DNA of 64,000 bases. Origin: an uncultured Clostridium sp. Its GTDB lineage: Bacteria > Bacillota > Clostridia > TANB77 > CAG-465. Below, piece after piece: positions 38,657 through 48,857 of this stretch. The stretch's first letter is position 1; each line of letters starts with the position of its first letter. The stretch is taken from positions 1,467-65,466 of the forward strand of contig CANAIR010000003.1 in the NCBI GenBank assembly GCA_947361355.1, given 5' to 3'. Both the position numbers and the translations under genes were made by a program. The notes under the pieces are model-generated. The model made no database searches. It was given only the letters and a program-made list of their open reading frames with translations, and was not told the DNA's origin.

Positions 38657-40696
38657 ATGGGCAAAAAGGTAATAATAGCAGAAAAACCAAGTGTTGCAAG
38701 AGAATTTGCAAAGGTATTAAAAATAAATGGTAAAAATAATAATGGATATATAGAATCTGATGAATATATTGTTACATGGTGTGTAGGTCATTTAGTTACA
38801 ATGAGCTATCCTGAAAAATATGATGAAAAGCTAAGGAGTTGGAATTTGAGTACACTTCCATTTATTCCAAAAGAGTATAAGTATGAAGTTATAGAAAGTG
38901 TGTCAAAACAATTTGAAGTTATAAAAAATATATTAAATAGAGAAGATGTAGAATCTATATATGTATGTACTGACTCAGGAAGAGAAGGAGAATATATTTA
39001 TAGATTAGTTGATGAAATGGCTGGAAGACCAAACAAAGATAAAAGACGTGTTTGGATTGATTCACAAACAGAAGAAGCTATATTAAATGGTATTAAAGAG
39101 GCAAAGGAATTATCTGAATATGATAGTTTATCTGATGCAGCGTATTTGAGGGCAAAAGAAGATTATTTAATAGGTATAAATTTTTCAAGATTATTATCAC
39201 TAGGTTATGGAAAGGATGTAGCTAAAAAATTAAATGAGGAGCGTTTAGTTATATCAATAGGGCGTGTTATGACTTGTGTACTTGGTATGATAGTAAGTAG
39301 AGAAAGAGAAATAAGAAATTTTAAGAAAGTAAATTATTATAAAATACAAGGAAATTTTGGTGAAAGTGTAGATAGTTCCTTTACTGGTGAGTGGAAAGTA
39401 TCTGAAAAATCAAAATGTTTTGAATCATCTAAGCTATATAATGAAACAGGATTTAAAAAGAAAGAGGTTGCTGAGAATTTTATAAAATACTTACAGGAAG
39501 TAAATACCAAACCTATAATAACGTCTATAACAAAAAAAAGTACTAAGGATAAACCACCACTTCTTTTTAATTTGGCAGAACTGCAAAATGAATGTTCAAA
39601 AAGATTTAAGATAAGTCCAGATGAGACGTTACAGGTTGTACAGGAACTTTATGAAAGGAAAATGGTAACTTATCCTAGAACTGATGCAAGAGTTTTATCT
39701 AGTGCAGTTGCAAAAGAAATTACTAAAAATTTAAATGGTCTTGCAAAATCAAAAATAGATGAAAGCGTAATGCAATATATTAATGAAATGATTAGCAAAA
39801 AGTATTCAACATCTCTTGCTAAAACAAAATATGTAAATGACTCCAAAATAACTGATCACTATGCGATAATTCCAACTGGTCAAGGATTTGAAAACTATGA
39901 TAATCTTACAATACTTCAAAAAGCTGTATATCATGCAATTGTAAAAAGGTTTTTAAGCATATTTTTTCCACCTGCTGAGTATAGTAGGGTATCTGTAACT
40001 GTAAATATTGAAAATGAAGAATTTACTTGTAATGGTAAAGTTTGTACCAAAGAAGGATATTTGTCAGTACTAAAAATAGATAAAGAATATGATTTAAAAG
40101 TAAGAAATAGTGTTAATGGGAAAGTTGATGAAAAATCCAATGTGAAGATAAAAGATAGTGAAAAAGAAATTTTTGAGGATACAAAAAATGCTGATGAAAA
40201 GACAACAAACTTAGGTATTTTAGCAAGCTTAAAAAAGGGACAAACTTTAGAAAATATATCTTTAGATATAAAAGAAGCTGAAACATCACCTCCATCAAGA
40301 TATTCTTCGGGCTCTATAATTCTTGCTATGGAAAATGCAGGCAAATTAATCGAAGATGATGAATTAAGAGAACAGATTAAAGGACAAGGAATAGGAACTA
40401 GTGCAACAAGGGCAGAAATTATAAAAAAGCTTGAGAGAATAATGTATATTAATACAAATAAAAAGACACAAATATTAACTCCAACAAAAAGAGGAGAGGC
40501 AATATATGATGTTGTGGTAAAGACTATACCTGATATGTTAAATCCTGAACTTACAGCTAGTTGGGAAAAAGGCCTTACAATGGTAGCAGAGAAGAAGATT
40601 CCAGCAGAACAATTTATGGAAAAGCTTGAAAGTTATGTTAAAACAAAGGTAGTAAAATACAAAAAAGCAAGAAATGAATATTTATATGGATATTAG
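38657..40696 (+). CDS. topB: DNA topoisomerase III
   Basis: KVIIAEKPSVAREFAKVL, TDSGREGEYIYR and VTYPRTDAR. There is no C-terminal zinc-ribbon array. Confidence 0.9.
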   Translation: MGKKVIIAEKPSVAREFAKVLKINGKNNNGYIESDEYIVTWCVGHLVTMSYPEKYDEKLRSWNLSTLPFIPKEYKYEVIESVSKQFEVIKNILNREDVESIYVCTDSGREGEYIYRLVDEMAGRPNKDKRRVWIDSQTEEAILNGIKEAKELSEYDSLSDAAYLRAKEDYLIGINFSRLLSLGYGKDVAKKLNEERLVISIGRVMTCVLGMIVSREREIRNFKKVNYYKIQGNFGESVDSSFTGEWKVSEKSKCFESSKLYNETGFKKKEVAENFIKYLQEVNTKPIITSITKKSTKDKPPLLFNLAELQNECSKRFKISPDETLQVVQELYERKMVTYPRTDARVLSSAVAKEITKNLNGLAKSKIDESVMQYINEMISKKYSTSLAKTKYVNDSKITDHYAIIPTGQGFENYDNLTILQKAVYHAIVKRFLSIFFPPAEYSRVSVTVNIENEEFTCNGKVCTKEGYLSVLKIDKEYDLKVRNSVNGKVDEKSNVKIKDSEKEIFEDTKNADEKTTNLGILASLKKGQTLENISLDIKEAETSPPSRYSSGSIILAMENAGKLIEDDELREQIKGQGIGTSATRAEIIKKLERIMYINTNKKTQILTPTKRGEAIYDVVVKTIPDMLNPELTASWEKGLTMVAEKKIPAEQFMEKLESYVKTKVVKYKKARNEYLYGY

Positions 40697-40923
40697 GTAT
40701 ACATATATAATTAATTGTTAGATAAAAATATTTAATTATATTTGTATTTATAATTTAAAAGTATCAACTATAAGTCTATAATTATATATAGTTAGATAAT
40801 CTTTTAAATTCTTTTATTATTTTTTAGGTTTAAGTTCAATACAGGGTAGAACATAGTTAATATATGAGTGCAACCATATAGCATATATATTTTTGCTACA
40901 TAATTGTCTTGTTAGACGTTTTA

Positions 40924-40986
40924 TTACTTGTGTATTGTCTGTGTATTAAGTTCATTTATCTGACAAATACACTCAAGTAATTTTTT
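40924..40986 (+). terminator. orphan terminator-like hairpin in the topB-frr intergenic region
   Basis: TTACTTGTGTATTGTC pairs with GACAAATACACTCAAGTAA (16 bp with two bulges), followed by T6. It lies 230 nt after the topB stop. Confidence 0.35.
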
Positions 40987-41288
40987 ATATTTATTAGTTA
41001 AAAGATAAATAAATTCGTAGCAATATTTATATTATGTAACATTATATTAAATTTTTCTTTGTAAGCAAAATAAAATTGATATAATAGTAATAATAATTAT
41101 AATACATAAAATATTATGTATTTGCATAATATTTTAAAATAAAAAATTTATAATATTACGTTTTTTATTTTTGCATAATATATCTAAAGTAGTATAAAAT
41201 TGTAAGAAAAAGGTTTTTACTTTGATTTACTTGATTTTTTTATATTTTATAGTATAATTATACTATAAGTTTTAAAGGAGAGATTAAA

Positions 41289-41837
41289 ATGGAATATAGT
41301 GTCATAGAAGAAAAAATGCAAAAGGTAATTGAACATTTAAAAGATGAGTTAGCAAATATAAGAGCTGGTCGTGCAAATCCAGCAATTTTAAATAAAGTAA
41401 TGGTTGACTATTATGGTACGCCTACTCCTATAAATCAAGTAGGTTCAATATCTGTTCCTGAGGCAAGGCAAATTCTTGTTACACCTTGGGATAAATCAAT
41501 GCTTGGTAGTGTTGAAAGGGCAATTCAAAAATCAGATATAGGAATAAATCCATTAAATGATGGAAATTGTATAAGAATTACTTTTCCTGAACTTAACGAG
41601 CAAAGAAGAAAAGAATTAGTTAAAGAATGTAAATCGCTAGGGGAAGAATCAAAAGTAGCTATTAGAAATATTAGACGTGATAGTATTGATAAAGTAAAAT
41701 CTAGTCAAAAATCTGGTGAAATTACAGAAGATGAGCTAAAGTCATCTGAAGAAAAAATTCAAAAGATAACAGATAAATATGTTGATAGTATAGATAATAT
41801 AATTTCTTTAAAAGACAAAGAAATTATGGAAATTTAA
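41289..41837 (+). CDS. frr: ribosome recycling factor
   Basis: ELANIRAGRANPAILNKVMVDYYGTPTPINQV...IRNIRRD. Confidence 0.95.
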   Translation: MEYSVIEEKMQKVIEHLKDELANIRAGRANPAILNKVMVDYYGTPTPINQVGSISVPEARQILVTPWDKSMLGSVERAIQKSDIGINPLNDGNCIRITFPELNEQRRKELVKECKSLGEESKVAIRNIRRDSIDKVKSSQKSGEITEDELKSSEEKIQKITDKYVDSIDNIISLKDKEIMEI

Positions 41838-41855
41838 TATTAAAGAGGTAATGTA

Positions 41856-42674
41856 GTGAAGCAAAGACTAATATCATCGGTAATATATTTTTTATTATTG
41901 CTTTCAATTTTGGTAATTAATATACCGATTGTAGATACAATAATAGTAGTGTTGGTATCACTAATTGCAATACATGAATATTGTAAAGCTTTTAAGTCGA
42001 TAGGTTATAACCCCATTGCTAGCATAGGATATATAGGTTGTTTAGGTATCTTTTTAATGGGAATACCATTAGAATTTGAAAGTAAGATTATTATTATTAG
42101 AGTAGTATTACCAATACTTATAATAGGTTTATTTATATATATTATTATAAAGAAATTGAAAGTAACAGTAATTGACATAGCAGTTACAATACTCTCACTA
42201 ATTTATATACCATTCATGTTTTCATTTGTAAAACTTGTTCTTAGTATGCCAAACAGTAGAGGTATAATTTGGTTTGTAATTTTAGGAGCATTTATGTCAG
42301 ATATTATTGGATATTTAATTGGAAGAAAGTTTGGAAAAAGGAAATTATGTCCTTTAATAAGTCCTAAAAAAACAGTGGAAGGTTCAATAGCAGGAATAGT
42401 TGGAGTAGTTATTTCGTATGTAATTTTAACAATAATATTAAATAATTTTTTTAATCTTAACTTAAATATGGTAATAGTTATAATAATGGCAATAATATGT
42501 GCAGTTGCAGGTCAATTTGGGGATTTATCTGCATCAAGTATAAAAAGATATTGTGGAGTAAAAGATTTTGGATCAATTATGCCAGGACATGGTGGAATTC
42601 TTGATAGGTGTGATAGTATATTGTTTGTAGCTCCGATAGTATATATCTTTTTTAGACTATATTTTAATTTATAA
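41856..42674 (+). CDS. cdsA: phosphatidate cytidylyltransferase
   Basis: SSIKRYCGVKDFGSIMPGHGGILDRCDS is the CdsA signature. GTG start. Confidence 0.9.
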   Translation: MKQRLISSVIYFLLLLSILVINIPIVDTIIVVLVSLIAIHEYCKAFKSIGYNPIASIGYIGCLGIFLMGIPLEFESKIIIIRVVLPILIIGLFIYIIIKKLKVTVIDIAVTILSLIYIPFMFSFVKLVLSMPNSRGIIWFVILGAFMSDIIGYLIGRKFGKRKLCPLISPKKTVEGSIAGIVGVVISYVILTIILNNFFNLNLNMVIVIIMAIICAVAGQFGDLSASSIKRYCGVKDFGSIMPGHGGILDRCDSILFVAPIVYIFFRLYFNL

Positions 42675-42721
42675 AAATAAATGGATATTAATAGATAAAA
42701 TAGAATTTAGGAGGAAAGAAG

Positions 42722-43975
42722 TTGTATTTTATAATAGCAGTATTAAAGCTTATAATTATATTAGGTGTAGTAACAACAATACATGAATTTGGGCATTTTT
42801 TATTCTCAAAAATTTTTAAAATTGGAGTAAATGAATTTGCAGTAGGTTTTGGACCTGTAATATTTCAAAAGAAATATAAAGATACAATGTATTCATTAAG
42901 AGCAATTCCACTTGGAGGTTTTTGTGCTATTGAGGGTGAAGATGGTATATCAGAAAAAGAAAATTCATTTGCAAATAAAAATGTATTTCAGAAGGTAATA
43001 GTACTTGTAATGGGAGCAACATTTAATGCAATACTTGCAACCATAATATTTATCTCAATAGCTTTTGTAACACCTACTTACACAACAACTATTACTGGTT
43101 TTCTACCAAATTCAGTTTTAGAAAAAGCTGGAGTAAGTGTTGGTGATAAAATTGTTTCAATAGATTCAAGAAAAGTTACTTTACAATCTGAACTTACAAA
43201 ACAAGATTATGATTTAAACAAATCTTACGTTACAGTTGAATATTTGCACAACGGGGAACTGAAAAAAACAATTGTGGAGGATGCTATAAAAGAAATAGGA
43301 TATATTGGTGTATCATTTAAAATAGCAGAGGACAATCAAAGTGTTACTAATATAATTGATATGGTAGCCTCTGGTGGATCTTCTGTGGAGGCTGGTTTAA
43401 AATCAGGTGATAAAATTTTATCAGTAAATGGAATTACCACTAGTAATTCTTCAGAAGTAATATCTGTAATACGTGAAAACCCTAATAAAGATATTAATAT
43501 TTTGATTGAAAGAAATGGTCAAACTTTAGAAAAAAATATAAAAGTAGATAGTAAAAAGTTGTTTAGTTTAGATTTAGAGTCTACAGAAAAAGTAAAAACA
43601 ACTCTTCCACTTGCAATTTCTAGTGCAATTAATAATGCTAAAACAATAATAGGCTCATATATAGATTTATTTAAGGGAAAAGTTGGTATTAAAGATATGT
43701 CTGGAATTGTAGGAATAGGTGAAGTAGTATATAAAACAGAGGGATTATTAGAATTTTTCAATTTGATGGCAATTATTAGTTTAGCAGTAGGTGTAGCAAA
43801 TTTATTACCTTTCCCTCCACTAGATGGTGGAAAAGTAGTTATAGTAGTATGCGAAGCGATATTAAAAAAGAAATTACCACCTAATGCAGAAGCAATAATT
43901 TCATATATAGGTTTTGGGTTATTAATTTTACTTACTATTGTAGTAACATATAATGATTTAATTAGAATATTTTAA
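42722..43975 (+). CDS. rseP: RIP metalloprotease RseP/YluC (site-2 protease)
   Basis: HEFGHF zinc motif, PDZ domains, and NLLPFPPLDGG. TTG start. Confidence 0.9.
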   Translation: MYFIIAVLKLIIILGVVTTIHEFGHFLFSKIFKIGVNEFAVGFGPVIFQKKYKDTMYSLRAIPLGGFCAIEGEDGISEKENSFANKNVFQKVIVLVMGATFNAILATIIFISIAFVTPTYTTTITGFLPNSVLEKAGVSVGDKIVSIDSRKVTLQSELTKQDYDLNKSYVTVEYLHNGELKKTIVEDAIKEIGYIGVSFKIAEDNQSVTNIIDMVASGGSSVEAGLKSGDKILSVNGITTSNSSEVISVIRENPNKDINILIERNGQTLEKNIKVDSKKLFSLDLESTEKVKTTLPLAISSAINNAKTIIGSYIDLFKGKVGIKDMSGIVGIGEVVYKTEGLLEFFNLMAIISLAVGVANLLPFPPLDGGKVVIVVCEAILKKKLPPNAEAIISYIGFGLLILLTIVVTYNDLIRIF

Positions 43976-44004
43976 TAAGAGTGTTAAATGCACTCTTATT
44001 TTTT
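43976..44004 (+). terminator. intrinsic terminator after rseP
   Basis: TAAGAGTG / CACTCTTA stem followed by T6. Confidence 0.7.
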
Positions 44005-44080
44005 ATAATTTTTTTATTTTCTTCATAAATTAAAAAAAGACAAGTATAATTTAATATGTATATGTCAAGGAGGTTATTAT

Positions 44081-44332
44081 ATGGAATACTTTATACTTGT
44101 TGTAACAATAATAGCAGTTATAATAGTTGCAAAAATATTTTCATGGCCATTTAAAAAAATATTAAAATTATTATTAAATATAGCTATTGGATTAATACTT
44201 ATACTTATTGTTAATAATTTTGGAGTAAAAATAGGACTTCATGTACCATTTAATAAAGTAACAGCACTTGTTTCTGGAACTCTTGGAATACCAGGAGTTA
44301 TATGTCTTATAATATTAAATTATATATTTTAA
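44081..44332 (+). CDS. bofA: pro-sigma-K processing inhibitor BofA
   Basis: 83-aa membrane protein whose sequence (..FSWPFKKILKLLLNIAIGLILILIVN...LGIPGV) is BofA-like. Confidence 0.75.
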   Translation: MEYFILVVTIIAVIIVAKIFSWPFKKILKLLLNIAIGLILILIVNNFGVKIGLHVPFNKVTALVSGTLGIPGVICLIILNYIF

Positions 44333-44409
44333 AAAAATATGTTTTTCTTTTAAATAAACATAGTATATTATTTCTAAATTAGTAAAAAATAATAAAAATG
44401 GAGGTTTTT

Positions 44410-44943
44410 ATGAAAAAGCTTAAATTTAGAAAGAATGTAATATGTTTATTATTTATTTTTATATTAGTAATTATGTTATATTCGTCTATAAATATAGATA
44501 GTATAAATATTTTAAAAAACATATATATTTATGGAAAAGATGAGGAAAGTTCAACTTCAAGTAATGAAGAATCAACTGGAGATGATATGACAAAATTACT
44601 AGCAAGGCTTATAAATGGAGAAGCGCGTGGTGAGCCATATGAGGGGCAAGTAGCAGTAGGAGCGGTGATATTAAATAGAGTAAAAAGTCCAAAATTTCCA
44701 AGTACTATACCATCTGTAATTTATCAAAATGGACAATTTACATGTGTTAGAGATGGACAATTTAATGTACCAATAGACGAAGATTCAACTGTATATAAAG
44801 CAGCTACTGAGGCAATGAATGGCTCAGACCCAACTAATGGAGCTTTGTATTTTTATAACCCAAGTAAAACTAAGAGTAAGTGGCTATTTTCACTTAAAAC
44901 AACTACCACAATTGGTGAACACAGATTTGCATTAGGAGAGTAA
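44410..44943 (+). CDS. spore cortex-lytic cell wall hydrolase (SleB/CwlJ family)
   Basis: LLARLINGEARGEPYEGQVAVGAVILNRV...PSVIYQNGQFTCVRDGQ is the Hydrolase_2 domain. It precedes ypeB. Confidence 0.85.
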   Translation: MKKLKFRKNVICLLFIFILVIMLYSSINIDSINILKNIYIYGKDEESSTSSNEESTGDDMTKLLARLINGEARGEPYEGQVAVGAVILNRVKSPKFPSTIPSVIYQNGQFTCVRDGQFNVPIDEDSTVYKAATEAMNGSDPTNGALYFYNPSKTKSKWLFSLKTTTTIGEHRFALGE

Positions 44944-44944
44944 T

Positions 44945-46333
44945 ATGTTAGAAAAATTTGAAGAAAAAATTAGTAATATAAAAGAAAAAATAAATAAAAA
45001 ATATTTATCAGTAGCTATTTTTTTTGTATTTGGTTTAGTAACAATTTTTTCATTAGAAATGTCAAAGGATTATAAAATACAAAAGCAACAAGTTCAAGAT
45101 GAATATAATAAGTCTATGTATGAAGCAGTTTCATATATAAATAATTTAGAAATAGAACTTGCAAAGTTGCAAATTACTAATACCAAAAGAATAACTTCAA
45201 CAACACTGGCAAGTATTTGGAAACAAGCAAATATGGCAAAAGAAAATTTTGAAAATCTTCCTACTGAACAAGGAGCACTACAAGATGCGTGTAAGTATTT
45301 ATCACAAGTTAGTGATTATTCATATACACTTATGAAAAATGTAGTAGATGATAATAGTATAAGTCAAAAGCAGTACAATGAGATTAATGATATGTATAAT
45401 AAATGTATAACTTTGAATAATGTTATGTTAAGAATATATAATGATTTAAATACTGGTAGAATAAAATGGGATGAGTTAAAAAAGGATAGTGAAAGTAAAT
45501 TAAAAAATGTTGAAATTTCACAAGCTGTATCAAACTTTGATGGGATTAATAAAACTTTTCAAGATTATGAAGGGTTAATATATGATGGAGCATTTTCAGA
45601 TCATTTGTTAAATAGTGTTCCAAAATCTCTTGTAAATAAAGAAGTAGATGTTAAAGAGGCAAAAGAATATATAGAAAGAATATTTGGAATAGAAAATATT
45701 GAATATATAAAAGAAAATGGTGAAAGTAATGGAAAAATTGATTTATACAATTTTGAATTAAAACTAAAGGAAAAAGATATGATAATAAATATATCAATTA
45801 CTAAAAAGGATTGTAAAATGTATTTAATGATATCAGACAGAAAAGTTGAAAAAGAAAATTTAGACATGAATACAGTCAAAGATAAAGCAAAAGAATTTTT
45901 AAAAAAATTAGGTATTACAAATATAGAAGACACATATTATTTAAAAAACGAAAACATGGCAATTATAAATTATGCTGCTGTACAAGATGGCGTAATACTC
46001 TATCCTGATTTAATTAAAGTAAAAGTAGCTTTAGATGATGGCCAAATATGCTCTTTTGAATCACAAGGATATATATTCAATAATACCAAAAGAGAAAATT
46101 TAATCCCTAAAATAACAATAGAACAAGCACAAAATGTTATAAATAAAAATATTGAGGTAATAAGCAAAAGATTAGCCATTATTCCTACTGATTCAAATGA
46201 CGAAGTTCTTACTTATGAGTTTAAAGGAAAAATTGATGAAAAAGAATTTTTAGTATATGTTAATGCAGCTACAGCAATTGAAGAAAAAGTACTTATGATA
46301 TTAGAAACTCCAGGTGGTACTTTAACAATGTAA
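44945..46333 (+). CDS. ypeB: germination protein YpeB
   Basis: N-terminal TM segment, YpeB-like central region and C-terminal PepSY-like repeats. It directly follows the sleB-like gene, with a 1-nt gap between the stop and the start. Confidence 0.8.
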   Translation: MLEKFEEKISNIKEKINKKYLSVAIFFVFGLVTIFSLEMSKDYKIQKQQVQDEYNKSMYEAVSYINNLEIELAKLQITNTKRITSTTLASIWKQANMAKENFENLPTEQGALQDACKYLSQVSDYSYTLMKNVVDDNSISQKQYNEINDMYNKCITLNNVMLRIYNDLNTGRIKWDELKKDSESKLKNVEISQAVSNFDGINKTFQDYEGLIYDGAFSDHLLNSVPKSLVNKEVDVKEAKEYIERIFGIENIEYIKENGESNGKIDLYNFELKLKEKDMIINISITKKDCKMYLMISDRKVEKENLDMNTVKDKAKEFLKKLGITNIEDTYYLKNENMAIINYAAVQDGVILYPDLIKVKVALDDGQICSFESQGYIFNNTKRENLIPKITIEQAQNVINKNIEVISKRLAIIPTDSNDEVLTYEFKGKIDEKEFLVYVNAATAIEEKVLMILETPGGTLTM

Positions 46334-46411
46334 AAAATATACATATTTTAAAAATATGTTGAAAAAAGAAAAGATTAGTATAAAATATAATTAGAAAATT
46401 TAGTACAATAA

Positions 46412-46545
46412 AAATAGGAGGCTTTTATAACAATACAGGTACCGAATGTCCAGTGTCGTTTCGTGGGTATAATTATCCAAATGGTACTTACGGTGACATA
46501 GGTGGGCGTTGTCAGCTTTATATTAAGTAGTACTCCTATATTTAG
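46412..46545 (+). promoter_or_regulatory. M-box (ykoK-type) magnesium riboswitch aptamer
   Basis: P1 helix ATAGGAG (46414-20) / CTCCTAT (46534-40). Conserved blocks are UAGGAGGCU, ACCGAAUGUCC, GUCGUUUCGUGGGU, GUGACAUAGGUG and UCAGCU, aligned against the B. subtilis mgtE leader as I recall it. Confidence 0.7.
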
Positions 46546-46575
46546 TTTCGTAAAAATAGATTTGTGTGTGAAAAG

Positions 46576-46610
46576 GTACAGGGTTAAATTGCTCTGTACT
46601 TAACTTTTGA
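46576..46610 (+). terminator. putative expression-platform terminator of the M-box
   Basis: GTACAGGG / CTCTGTAC stem (one G-U pair), then TTAACTTTTGA. Confidence 0.5.
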
Positions 46611-46752
46611 TAAAATAGGTATGAATGTAATAAGAAATTATTTAAATACTAAAGGGAAAGTATTAGTTATTTTTCATTAGTTTTTTACTTTTTATATAAT
46701 TTTTTGTAATAGAAAATATTTAAACATTATGAAATTTTCTATTCTAAAAAGA

Positions 46753-46781
46753 TTGACAAATTACATAAAACAGTGTAAAAT
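46753..46781 (+). promoter_or_regulatory. consensus-like promoter between the M-box terminator and corA
   Basis: TTGACA, 17-nt spacer, TAAAAT. Confidence 0.5.
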
Positions 46782-46830
46782 ATATAGAATATGTAATTAG
46801 AATGTAGAAGATATGGATAGGAGTGATTGT

Positions 46831-47775
46831 ATGATTAGTATTTATAAAACAAATAAAAAAACTGGAAAATTAGAAGAGATAGATGCTCCAGTAAAAGGTT
46901 GTTGGATTAATATGGTAAAACCAACAGAAGATGAGATTAAAGTAATAGCAGATTTAGTGCAAATAGAGGAACAGACAATCAGATATCCACTTGATATATC
47001 GGAAAAAGCGCATATAGATGAAGAAGATGATACTGTACTTATAGTAGTTGATTCACCTGCAACTGAAATAGATAATAATGAAAAAATATATACTACTTTA
47101 CCAGTTGGTATGATAGTTGTTAGAGATGATATATTTATAACTGTATCACAAGCGGAAATAAATGCAATTGAAGGAGTAAAAATAAAAGCTAAAAATAACT
47201 ACCTTCAAACTGAAAAAAAATCAAGACTTGTATTTCAAATATTGTTTGATATAGCACAAGATTATATTAGATATTTAACATATATAAATAAAGATATTGA
47301 AATGTTTGAAGAACATATGTCAAAAAGTATGAGAAATAAGGAATTACAAAGGATAATGCAATTTGAAAAATCTATGATATATTTTAATGCCTCTGTAAAG
47401 GGGAATCAAGTTGTTCTTGAAAAATTAAATAGAGGTAAGGCTATAAAATTATATGAAGAAGATGAAGATATATTAGAAGATACAATAATAGAAAATAGAC
47501 AAGCGATAGAAATGATTCAAACATATAGTGAAATATTAAATGGAATTATTGATATTTTTGGTACAATGGTATCAAATAATTTAAATATTGTAATGAAGGT
47601 ACTTACATCTATTACTTTAATTATATCAATTCCAACAATGGTATCAAGTTTTCTTGGTATGAATGTTGAATTTCCTTTTAATACAGGAATTGTTGGCTTT
47701 TATGAAGTCATTGCTATATCTATTATAGCTACAATAGCTGTTACATTTTGGTTAAAAAGAAAAAATATGTTATAA
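46831..47775 (+). CDS. corA: magnesium/cobalt transporter CorA
   Basis: C-terminal TM pair with FLGMNVEFPF (the GMN motif). Start set at the ATG after the AGGAG SD. Confidence 0.9.
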   Translation: MISIYKTNKKTGKLEEIDAPVKGCWINMVKPTEDEIKVIADLVQIEEQTIRYPLDISEKAHIDEEDDTVLIVVDSPATEIDNNEKIYTTLPVGMIVVRDDIFITVSQAEINAIEGVKIKAKNNYLQTEKKSRLVFQILFDIAQDYIRYLTYINKDIEMFEEHMSKSMRNKELQRIMQFEKSMIYFNASVKGNQVVLEKLNRGKAIKLYEEDEDILEDTIIENRQAIEMIQTYSEILNGIIDIFGTMVSNNLNIVMKVLTSITLIISIPTMVSSFLGMNVEFPFNTGIVGFYEVIAISIIATIAVTFWLKRKNML

Positions 47776-47781
47776 AAAATA

Positions 47782-47825
47782 AAAGTATTAGTTTATGTGT
47801 TTTATACTAATACTTTTATTTTTTT
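47782..47825. terminator. bidirectional terminator
   Basis: AAAGTATTAGT / ACTAATACTTT stem flanked by A and T runs. Confidence 0.75.
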
Positions 47826-47967
47826 ATTCTTCATCATCAGATTTATGGTATTTACACCAATCATTTTCTTCATTAGTTGATTTATCTAATCTACATGTAT
47901 AAGTTTTATCTTTATTATCAATAGCATTTACACAATTTTTACATGTATCATTTTTTCCTCTTCCCAT
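47824..47967 (-). CDS. hypothetical small Cys-rich protein (47 aa)
   Basis: AGGTGGTG SD. MGRGKNDTCKNCVNAIDNKDKTYTCRLDKSTNEENDWCKYHKSDDEE has a CxxC...C...C pattern. Below the ORF-track cutoff. Confidence 0.45.
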   Translation of the reverse strand: MGRGKNDTCKNCVNAIDNKDKTYTCRLDKSTNEENDWCKYHKSDDEE

Positions 47968-48097
47968 TTTTACACCACCTTTAATTTATTACTTATATTA
48001 TATTACTTTAATTAAAAAAAAACAATATAAAGTAATTAAAATTGTATTTTTATTTTATTTCAAATATAATTTTGATATAATAGAGGTGTGGTGAAAA

Positions 48098-48829
48098 ATG
48101 AAAAAGTTTTTAATTATTGATAATAGAATGAGAAAAATAGAAAAAGAAAAATTAGAAGTTTTAGGGTATGAACTAATAGAAGTACCAACGAAAAAAGATT
48201 TGTATTATGAAGTATCTTCTCATGTTGATATATTTTGTGCAAAGATAAAGGATAAAATTGTTTTAGAAAGTACAATTTTCGAAAAATTTCAAAGTTTAAG
48301 TAATGAAAATGTTATTTTAGATGAAAAAATCATAATTGGAAATAAAAATGTAGGTAATGTATATCCTTTAGATATTTTGTATAATGTATGTAATATTGGA
48401 AATTTTGTTATTCATAATTTTAAATATACAGACTCAAAAATTCTTGATTTAATTGAAAATTTGAAATTAGAGAAAATAGCTGTAAATCAAGGTTATAGTA
48501 AATGTAGTATTGCAGTAATAGATAATAATAGCGCCATAACTTGTGATAAAAAAATATCTAAAAAATTGAAAGAAAATGGAATAGATACTTTACTTTTAGA
48601 TAATGTGAATAATATAAAATTATATAGTGAAAATAATAGATTTTCTAACATGAATGGCTTTATAGGTGGTGCAATTTCCAATGTAAATGGAAAAATAATT
48701 ATATCTGGTGATTTAAAAAAAATAGATGAAGATGATAAAATCAGAAAATTTATAGAAAAAAGAAACCTTGAAATAATTGAATTTAAAGGCTTAGATGTAA
48801 TAGATTATGGTGGAATTATACAAATATAG
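48098..48829 (+). CDS. hypothetical protein (243 aa)
   Basis: Clean ORF with an SD. No motif I can name with confidence. Confidence 0.55.
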   Translation: MKKFLIIDNRMRKIEKEKLEVLGYELIEVPTKKDLYYEVSSHVDIFCAKIKDKIVLESTIFEKFQSLSNENVILDEKIIIGNKNVGNVYPLDILYNVCNIGNFVIHNFKYTDSKILDLIENLKLEKIAVNQGYSKCSIAVIDNNSAITCDKKISKKLKENGIDTLLLDNVNNIKLYSENNRFSNMNGFIGGAISNVNGKIIISGDLKKIDEDDKIRKFIEKRNLEIIEFKGLDVIDYGGIIQI

Positions 48830-48857
48830 TTTTTATTATTTAACTTTTAAATATTCA

